From Planctomycetales bacterium (GTDB lineage: Bacteria > 4484-113 > JAFGCY01): a DNA stretch of 32,000 nt. This document shows, piece by piece, positions 10,786 through 17,664 of this stretch. Location of the stretch: the NCBI GenBank assembly GCA_022646745.1, contig CP060262.1:2610001-2642000 (forward strand). Reading direction: 5' to 3'. The notes below the pieces were generated by a model. That model was not told the DNA's origin. It made no database searches and saw nothing but the letters and a program-made list of their open reading frames with translations. Position numbers and translations under genes: made by a program. Numbering within the stretch: position 1 is the first letter of the stretch; every line of letters begins with the position of its first letter.

Positions 10786-10953
10786 ACTAGTATCAACTAA
10801 TTGAACCCCTGTCTCACACACAGGGGATGGTCCTGAGTGGTAAGGCACCACTTTTGCAGGATCGGCTTCCGATTCCCCTGGTAATTTGCGCGGCGATCTG
10901 CCGCGGCTGGCCAGGGATCGGCGGTTGGGTAACAATCTGGCTTGAGGAGCAGC

Positions 10954-11487
10954 ATGAGGAGAACCGCGGAAGGCGGCTGGACACGCGTCCTTGCCCTTAT
11001 TCTGGCAGTGCTGGCACTGCAGCTTTGTGCTTCGTGCGGCGGTGGTGGCAAATCCGAAGGCGGATCTCAGGCCCAGGAGCAGCGAACTGTTCTTGAGCTC
11101 AGCCTGAACCCCGTCAGCCAGCCGGATGGCACCATCCATGTTGAACTCAGTGCAACAAATGCCGCAAGGCTCTATCAGCTGTCATCGAGGCTAAGCTTCG
11201 ACAGCGCAGCTGTCCGGCCGCTTGGGCCGGCTGTTCCGGGCAACCTTCCGGCACAGGATGCAATCTTCTACAGCAATGACCGGCAGTCCGGATACATCCC
11301 GGTGGCTTTCACCAACACCAAGGCAGCCGCAGTCGGCCAGCAATCCGGCATCCTTTATTCAGTTGAATTCGAGGTGCTGGACGCGGGGCTCGATCCGCGT
11401 TTTGCCCTGGTCACGGACCCGCAGTACCTGATTGCGCGCGACAATAGTGCATCTGACATTGAACTCTCCGTCGAGGTGCAGCGTTGA
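10954..11487 (+). CDS. small lipoprotein with a single cohesin-like beta-sandwich domain
   Basis: The ATG at 10954 has GAGGAG 4 nt upstream; the ORF track's TTG at 10942 is less likely. Signal peptide RVLALILAVLALQLCAS|CGGGG is followed by a Gly/Ser/Gln linker. After that comes about 140 aa with a cohesin-like pattern (GTIHVELSATNAARLYQLSSRLSFDSAAVRPLG ... GYIPVAFTN ... GILYSVEFEVL). The cohesin call rests on pattern resemblance only. Confidence 0.7.
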   Translation: MRRTAEGGWTRVLALILAVLALQLCASCGGGGKSEGGSQAQEQRTVLELSLNPVSQPDGTIHVELSATNAARLYQLSSRLSFDSAAVRPLGPAVPGNLPAQDAIFYSNDRQSGYIPVAFTNTKAAAVGQQSGILYSVEFEVLDAGLDPRFALVTDPQYLIARDNSASDIELSVEVQR

Positions 11488-14237
11488 TCCATTTGCGCAC
11501 CTCCGTTTCCCTGATCCTGCTGATGGCAGCCATGGCTGTGGTGCATTCCGTCGCCTTTGCCTTCACTACTCCCAGCAATGAGGAGTGGGCAGAACTTGAG
11601 CGGCAGGGAAAGGCTGAATCAACCAGGCAGTGGATGCGAGAGCTTAGCGATGAGGTCAGCACAGTCCCGCAACTGAGCATTGCCGAGAAGCTGCAGCTGA
11701 TTGATGAGGGTTACGGACTGCCGACGCAGATCTTCAGCCCGGGACAGGCGGCTGGTTCGATGCGTGTCAACTTTGACAGCAACGAAGTGATAGACGAGCG
11801 CGACATCCTCGGGATGGGATTCGACTTCACTGACAAGAACGCCTCCACCACCGTGCCGCACGGATCACCGAAGGGCCTGACGATCCTGCTCAAGTTCACG
11901 GACCAGGCACCGACCGACAAGACATTCAACAGCAGCGGTACGCTTGTCAATGATGTCAACCACGATGCGGCCTGGGCTGACAACAAGTGGTACGACCAGG
12001 CTGCCCCTCCGACGATCGAGGACTGCAGCGTTTCCAATTACTACGACGCCAACAGCGGTGGCCGGCTCACACTGGATGGCGATGTGTTCAACAACGGAGC
12101 AGTGTGTGACGCAGATGGCTGGATCACCTGCAATGTGACCCGGGCCAGCATCACGAACTCGACACAGGTGTACAACGCGATCGAGAATGCCCTGCAGCAG
12201 GCGGATCCGCATATCGATTACAGCAATTACGACTCGAACAATGACGGCTTCATTGACGGCCTGACGGTGATCTATGCCGGGGCCAGCAACAGCTCAACCA
12301 TCTTCTGGCACTTCCGCTTCGTTGCCATCTACATGACCGCCGATGGCGTAACGATAAACTCCGGAATCTTCACGGGCGAGCAGGCCCAGGTCCGCATCTG
12401 GTGCCATGAATTCGGACATGAGCTCGGGCTGCCTGATCTCTATGACACCGGCGGATCACCCGCCGTGGACGGTGTCGGCCAATATGGCCTGATGGCGGGC
12501 TGGTACACGGGTCAGGGTACACATCCGCAGTTCATGACAGGCTGGTCGCGGCTCAAGCTGCGTTTTGTTGACCCGGTCGACATTCCAACAACAACTTCGT
12601 TGACGGGATACACGCTGAGCAGGGTCACGCAGGACAATCCGGGTGACACATTGCTTAGAGTGTGGCGTAACGGTGCACCGGGACCGGAGTACTTCCTTGT
12701 CGAATACCGGGACGGCACCCACTCATGGGACTCAAGCCTGTTTGGCAACGGTGGCCTGTGCTACTGGCATATCGATGAAACACTGACATCCGCGATCAAC
12801 CGAGACAACGCATTTGATCCGCAGCGTGTGCACCTTGAATGTGCCGGCTCCAGCCAGGATCCGATGCAGAACGACGCATGCTGGTACGACGGCTTCAACG
12901 GCGCGGATGCCTTTGATTACTTTGCTGACAACACTACTCCGAATGCTCACGACAACGACGGCGATACCACCGAGGTAAGACTAGAGCCGACCAGTGGCCG
13001 CGGTGCCGCCACGATGACGCTCGACATCCGCAACAACAACGGGGCAACCATCCCGACCCTGTCCTTTGATTCTCCGGCAAACGGCGCAACCGTCAGCGGG
13101 GATGTCACCTTTGACGTCACGAGCAACGCAGCCAACCGTGTGGAGTATTTCGTGGATGGCTGCCTCAAGCATGTGGAGAATGGTCCCGGCCCGTACTCAG
13201 GATTCAGCTGGAACACACGCAGCGCACTTGATACATCGGTGGAGCTTCGTGCTGTCGCATACAACAGCAGTGGCAACGACCCCGTGCGCAGCCTGACCCG
13301 CACAGTGACTGTCAGCAACGGCCAGCAGGGCGGCGAGTCAATGATATTCACTGAGAATTTCAACGGCTATTCCAGTGTGACTGACAGCACCCTGCTGAAC
13401 CTCTGGAACCTGCACGATGACAACATGGGCATGGAGTTCCAGCTGCGCACTGACCCGGCCTACAACGACACCGGCAAGGCACTGGCATTCGCCCAGACCA
13501 GTTTCCCGACACCGAACAACGGCAGCACGCAGGACCCGAATGCCGGGGTGTACCAGGGCCAGGATGACGACTGGCTGATGACACCACGCATTGGACTGTT
13601 TGGTTACACTGATGTCAAGTTCAAGATGTCAACCGCATTCCGGATTGACGGAGCCTGGGGCGAAGCGATGCTCGTGCTGCAGGTGTCGGACGATGATGGC
13701 GCTACCTGGGACGACCTTCAGTCCTTCAACTGGTGGCAGGACAGCAACACCCAGTGGTACACGGGCTGGTGGCGAAACGACGGCGGCACCCAGGACTTCT
13801 GGGCGGACCGGACCGTCAACATCGACCCGTCCTACATCAACAAGGATGTCTACTTCCGGTTGCTGTTCATCGGTGGCCGGACCTACAACGTCGGCTTTGC
13901 CGTGGATGAGATCCAGGTGACCGGCACACCGCTTCCGCTTAGCCTGAGCAGCGTCAGCCCTGACCGGGCCAAGGTTGGTGACAGCGTCACCCTCACCGGC
14001 GCAGGTTTCGGTGATACGCAGGGCAGCGGAGAGGTTCGCTTCAGCGACGGAGCCGGTGGCCACGTGGTTGCCAGTATCACCTCCTGGACCAATACGCAGA
14101 TCGTCTGCACGGTGCCAGGTGGTGCAAAATCAGATGCGAACGGAGTCTGGGTCTACCAGAACTTCACAGAGACCAGCAAGCTGGCCTTCACGGTCATCCT
14201 TGCAGCGCCGAATCTCCAGGGATTGGACCAGATTTAG
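11484..14237 (+). CDS. secreted M6-family (immune inhibitor A-like) zinc metalloprotease with C-terminal Ig-like, MAM/choice-of-anchor-J-like and IPT/TIG modules
   Basis: 917 aa. The TTG start overlaps the upstream stop (TTGA), with GAGGTG 5 nt upstream. The signal peptide ends AFA. The zinc site HEFGHELGLPDLYD (12405 onward) is the M6 signature. The C-terminus carries an IPT unit (VSPDRAKVGDSVTLTGAGFG ... SWTNTQIVCTVP). Confidence 0.9.
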   Translation: MIHLRTSVSLILLMAAMAVVHSVAFAFTTPSNEEWAELERQGKAESTRQWMRELSDEVSTVPQLSIAEKLQLIDEGYGLPTQIFSPGQAAGSMRVNFDSNEVIDERDILGMGFDFTDKNASTTVPHGSPKGLTILLKFTDQAPTDKTFNSSGTLVNDVNHDAAWADNKWYDQAAPPTIEDCSVSNYYDANSGGRLTLDGDVFNNGAVCDADGWITCNVTRASITNSTQVYNAIENALQQADPHIDYSNYDSNNDGFIDGLTVIYAGASNSSTIFWHFRFVAIYMTADGVTINSGIFTGEQAQVRIWCHEFGHELGLPDLYDTGGSPAVDGVGQYGLMAGWYTGQGTHPQFMTGWSRLKLRFVDPVDIPTTTSLTGYTLSRVTQDNPGDTLLRVWRNGAPGPEYFLVEYRDGTHSWDSSLFGNGGLCYWHIDETLTSAINRDNAFDPQRVHLECAGSSQDPMQNDACWYDGFNGADAFDYFADNTTPNAHDNDGDTTEVRLEPTSGRGAATMTLDIRNNNGATIPTLSFDSPANGATVSGDVTFDVTSNAANRVEYFVDGCLKHVENGPGPYSGFSWNTRSALDTSVELRAVAYNSSGNDPVRSLTRTVTVSNGQQGGESMIFTENFNGYSSVTDSTLLNLWNLHDDNMGMEFQLRTDPAYNDTGKALAFAQTSFPTPNNGSTQDPNAGVYQGQDDDWLMTPRIGLFGYTDVKFKMSTAFRIDGAWGEAMLVLQVSDDDGATWDDLQSFNWWQDSNTQWYTGWWRNDGGTQDFWADRTVNIDPSYINKDVYFRLLFIGGRTYNVGFAVDEIQVTGTPLPLSLSSVSPDRAKVGDSVTLTGAGFGDTQGSGEVRFSDGAGGHVVASITSWTNTQIVCTVPGGAKSDANGVWVYQNFTETSKLAFTVILAAPNLQGLDQI

Positions 14238-14363
14238 GCGGATACGCTGATGGCAGCGTGCTGCCGTCAAGGGGTGGACAGGAGTGGATAGGATGGGGCT
14301 GGACCCGCCGGCAGGGAGGCAGGCAGGAGTGGCCCAGGTAAGTAAAGTAGGTAGGTGGTTGCT

Positions 14364-15944
14364 ATGAGGAAACTAGTCTTGGCGGTGCTGACCCTGCTGG
14401 TTCTCGCCGGCTGCGGTGGAGGCGGCGGTACGTCCGGCACCGAGATCGTGCAGGTGCCGGCGCAGGAGCAGGGGCTTCAGATAATCAACCAGCAGAGCAC
14501 GGACGGAAACCTGGTGCTCGGTGTGATCAAGGATGCCAGCGGTGTACCGATCGGCGTGCAGATCCAATGGACCCGTGTGGACGTCGCCGGTGTGATGGGA
14601 TACTACATCTATCGAGATACCGCGTCCCTCCCGGGTGGGAACCCGGCCGGACAGGAATCAAAACGCATCAATGGTGGCAGCATCATCGGCCAGAGTGGCA
14701 CAGGCACGCAGACCCTGACCTTTGATGACATCATGGCTCCCCCGCCGTCTATCAATGACCAGTTCTTCTATCGCATGACGGTCGTCAACTCCACGAGTGA
14801 TGAGAGCGACATGTCCAACGAACTGTCGATCACGATCGCACAGCACACGATCACGACTGTCACCCAGGGCGGCGGCAGCATCGGTGACAGCGTGACGATC
14901 AACGGTTCCAACTTCGGCAGCAGTCAGGAAGCAACGGACTTCGTCTACTTCACGAACTCCAGCGGTACTACGAACGTTGAAGCCAATGTGACCAGCTGGA
15001 CCCCGAGCCAGATCATCTGCGACATCCCGTACGGAGCAGCTGACGGCCTTGTCGGTGTCCAGATCAACGGCGTGCTTGTACTTGCCCCGACCGGACAGGA
15101 AATCGACTACAACGAACCGAGCGTCACCAATGTGGCCCCGACCCAGGACTGGGTGCAGAACCTGACCATCGTGATTGACGGTGTGGACTTCGGCCCGGAT
15201 CCGAACGGTGCAGGTACCAGCACAGACGTGCTGTTCGGCACCACTCCGATCCTGCTGACGGACATCGTCAGCTGGTCTGACACCGAGATCCAGTGCAAGG
15301 TGCCTGCGGCTGCAACGGGACTGACCGTCTCGCTGACTGTGGATGTTGCTGGCAACGTCAGCAATGGCACGAGCTTCCTGCTCCTGCCGCACATCGACTC
15401 GATCAGCCCGACCAGTGGCAACACAGGCGTGACCTTTGATGTCTCGGGAACGAACTTTGGCAGCGTACAGGGAACCGGTAGCGTCACCCTCGCGGGCGTG
15501 AACTGCTCCGTCAACAGCTGGGCAAACGGCACGGTCAACGTCACCGTCCCGGCTGCGGCAGTGGATGGCGCCGTGCTCCTCACCCGTGACGACACCCAGG
15601 CTTCATCCCTCTCCGGATTTGACGTCATTCCGGCCATCACCAACGTCTCGCCCAACCGTCGTGTCGAGGGTGAGCAGGTGACCATCACCGGCTCAGGCTT
15701 CGGTGCGACCCAGAACGGCAGCACCGTGACCTTCAACGGTGGTGGTGGAGTGGTGGCCACGAACATCATCAGCTGGGGCCCGACGACGATCGTCTGCGAG
15801 GTTCCGGCCGGTGCATCGACTGGTACCATTACCGTCCACATCAATGACGCCTCCGTCGGAAGTGACATTGATGACGCGACCAGCGGCTCGAACATCACTG
15901 TGATCCTTGCCGCTCCGAACCTGACTGGCGTCGGCCAGCTCTGA
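14364..15944 (+). CDS. lipoprotein: one Fn3-like domain plus four IPT/TIG repeats and a conserved C-terminal tail
   Basis: Lipobox LVLAG|CGGGGG. The Fn3-like unit reads IQWTRVDVAGVMGYYIYRD ... FFYRMTVVN. There are four units of the type P.I..V.P..G..G..VTI.G..FG ... SW....I.C.VP. I prefer the ATG at 14364; the GTG at 14355 is an alternative. Confidence 0.85.
   Translation: MRKLVLAVLTLLVLAGCGGGGGTSGTEIVQVPAQEQGLQIINQQSTDGNLVLGVIKDASGVPIGVQIQWTRVDVAGVMGYYIYRDTASLPGGNPAGQESKRINGGSIIGQSGTGTQTLTFDDIMAPPPSINDQFFYRMTVVNSTSDESDMSNELSITIAQHTITTVTQGGGSIGDSVTINGSNFGSSQEATDFVYFTNSSGTTNVEANVTSWTPSQIICDIPYGAADGLVGVQINGVLVLAPTGQEIDYNEPSVTNVAPTQDWVQNLTIVIDGVDFGPDPNGAGTSTDVLFGTTPILLTDIVSWSDTEIQCKVPAAATGLTVSLTVDVAGNVSNGTSFLLLPHIDSISPTSGNTGVTFDVSGTNFGSVQGTGSVTLAGVNCSVNSWANGTVNVTVPAAAVDGAVLLTRDDTQASSLSGFDVIPAITNVSPNRRVEGEQVTITGSGFGATQNGSTVTFNGGGGVVATNIISWGPTTIVCEVPAGASTGTITVHINDASVGSDIDDATSGSNITVILAAPNLTGVGQL
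14844..15908 (+). repeat. four tandem IPT/TIG-type coding repeats (about 81-92 codons each)
   Basis: Units begin at HTITTVTQ, PSVTNVAP, PHIDSISP and PAITNVSP. Each contains a G.[ND]FG motif and a SW...[IV].C/V.VP motif. Confidence 0.8.
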
Positions 15945-15975
15945 TCTGTAACTTGGACTAGACAGGAACTCTGAC

Positions 15976-17658
15976 ATGAATGGGATTCTCTTGAAGCTGA
16001 CAACTATGGCGATGGGCCTGATCCTGGCCGCATCCCTCAGTTCCTGCGGCGGCAGCCCTGCCGCCAGTGAACTGGCGACAGGGGAATCCCTGCAGTCACC
16101 GCAGCTCCTCGGAGTCGGTACGGGAGACCGTGCCGTCTCCGGGGCGCCTGCGGGAATCTTTGTGACCTGGAACCGCGTGGACGACCCGCGCGTGACGGGT
16201 TACTACCTTTACCGTGACACGGCATCCATTCCGGATCCGCCGGTGGACGGTGTGATCGACCCGGGCCTGCGCGTCAATGGTGGCGGACTGATCGCCAACC
16301 CTGACAGCGGTGCCACGGTGACATTCAATGACATCTTCTCCGTCGTGGTGGGTGAGACCTACTTCTACCGCCTGACGGTCGTCAACCTTGATGGCGATGA
16401 AAGCTATCCCAGCAATGAGCTGAGCTGGACCATCAGCCTGCATACCGCTGGCAATGTGACACCAGACAGTGCGTACTGGGGTAATGACGTAGTGGTGGAC
16501 GGGACGAACTTCCTCAGCTACAACGCGGCCACTGACTTCGTCGTGTTCCCGACATACGATGGTGGCACCATTGAGGGCGCAATCGTGGACTGGCAGGACA
16601 CCGCGATCACTGTCACTGTGCCGGAGCCGGCGGTCAGCGGTCCTCTGGGCGTGCTGATCGATGGTGTGGTTTCCTTCACTGACAACAGCCTGACCATTCT
16701 TAATCCCGTCATAGGGGATCTCGATCCGAATCCGGGTTTTGTCGGCCAGGCTGTCACGATCAATGGCGTCGGCTTCGGGGCCAGCCAGGATGTTGGTGAC
16801 GACCTGCTGTTCGGTGGTGCCAGCTTCACAGGTACGATCAGCAGCTGGTCTGACAGCGCAATTGAGATCGTGATTCCTGAAGATGCAGTTGCCTCGAGCG
16901 TGCAGGTGGTCAAGAATGCAGCCAACAGCAATGAGCTGCAGTTTATTCCCCGCGCGGAGATTCTCAGTGTTGACAACGATGGATTCCAGGAAGGTGAGGA
17001 AATCACCCTGACAGGCCGCCATTTCGGGGCCGTTGAGGGAACCGCCGCCCTTGATGATGCAACTGTACTGACCATCAGCAGCTGGACCGACACGGAAGTC
17101 ACCCTGTTGCTTGCCGGAAGCGCCGGTGCCCACGGCATCATCCTCACGTCAGATGCCAATGGCACAAGCAATACGTTTGACTACAACATCGGTGAGCCGC
17201 TCAGCGTGTCACTGGATGGATTCACGGCTGGCCAGGTCTATCGTCCTGGTGATGACCCGGTGGCCGGGGTGACAACGGCTGATGATGCTGAACTCGTCGA
17301 GCTGCTGCTCGGCGGCAATGTGGTAGCCAGCTCGGATACCGCACCTTTCGAGGGCATGACCCTTGTGATCGCTGACTACATCAATGGTGCCTATGACGTG
17401 GAACTGCGTGCCACACGTCGCAGCATTTCCGTCACGAGCGATCCGATCGGCATCCTGCTCTACTCGCTGGTTGGCGACGTAAACGCGGACGGCAGCGTGG
17501 ATGAACTGGATCGGGATGCCCTGCTGCCACTGATCGTGAACCCGCTGCCTCCGCTGGAGATCATGCCTTGGTGGGACACGGATGAGGATGGTACGGTGAC
17601 CGAGGCTGACCTCAGCCTGGTCGGTTACAACTTCGGCAACATCCTCAGCAGCGACTAA
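15976..17658 (+). CDS. lipoprotein paralogous to the preceding gene: Fn3-like domain, three IPT/TIG repeats, an Ig-like module and a C-terminal dockerin
   Basis: Lipobox LAASLSS|CGGS. The Fn3-like unit (VTWNRVDDPRVTGYYLYRD ... YFYRLTVVN) is collinear with the 14364 product. The IPT units are as in the upstream gene. The C-terminus carries two EF-hand-like dockerin segments. Confidence 0.85.
   Translation: MNGILLKLTTMAMGLILAASLSSCGGSPAASELATGESLQSPQLLGVGTGDRAVSGAPAGIFVTWNRVDDPRVTGYYLYRDTASIPDPPVDGVIDPGLRVNGGGLIANPDSGATVTFNDIFSVVVGETYFYRLTVVNLDGDESYPSNELSWTISLHTAGNVTPDSAYWGNDVVVDGTNFLSYNAATDFVVFPTYDGGTIEGAIVDWQDTAITVTVPEPAVSGPLGVLIDGVVSFTDNSLTILNPVIGDLDPNPGFVGQAVTINGVGFGASQDVGDDLLFGGASFTGTISSWSDSAIEIVIPEDAVASSVQVVKNAANSNELQFIPRAEILSVDNDGFQEGEEITLTGRHFGAVEGTAALDDATVLTISSWTDTEVTLLLAGSAGAHGIILTSDANGTSNTFDYNIGEPLSVSLDGFTAGQVYRPGDDPVAGVTTADDAELVELLLGGNVVASSDTAPFEGMTLVIADYINGAYDVELRATRRSISVTSDPIGILLYSLVGDVNADGSVDELDRDALLPLIVNPLPPLEIMPWWDTDEDGTVTEADLSLVGYNFGNILSSD
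16441..17193 (+). repeat. three tandem IPT/TIG-type coding repeats
   Basis: Units start near TAGNVTPD, NPVIGDLDP and PRAEILSVD. Each contains G..FG and SW[ST]D[ST].[IV] motifs. Confidence 0.75.
17473..17655 (+). other. dockerin module (two Ca-binding-loop repeats) at the C-terminus of the 15976 product
   Basis: GDVNADGSVDELDRDALLPLI ... WDTDEDGTVTEADLSLVGYNFG. Both segments fit the D.[ND].DG.[IV]...D dockerin repeat and have the usual spacing of about 30 aa. Confidence 0.7.
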
Positions 17659-17664
17659 CAGAGC

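Noticed and set aside
8033-10800. The low-GC segment as a discrete mobile element or genomic island
   Set aside because: It has no integrase, transposase, recombinase or phage gene, and I saw no convincing terminal inverted or direct repeats. The only match is a weak TTGAA..CCCCTG similarity at 8129-8146 versus 10801-10811. I report it as a compositional anomaly rather than call it a mobile element.
10942-10953. TTG at 10942 as the start of the cohesin-like gene (ORF track)
   Set aside because: The ATG at 10954 has a GAGGAG Shine-Dalgarno 4 nt upstream that lies within the TTG-extended codons, and it gives a normal signal-peptide n-region.
14270-14350. G-rich purine tract (GGGGTGG..GGAGTGG..GGATGGGG..GGCAGGGAGGCAGGCAGGAGTGG) between the M6 gene and the next gene, as a possible G-quadruplex or repeat element
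   Set aside because: It has only three runs of three or more G, and the only direct repeat is the short CAGGAGTGG. It is more simply read as a spacer with SD-like purine content ahead of the next start.
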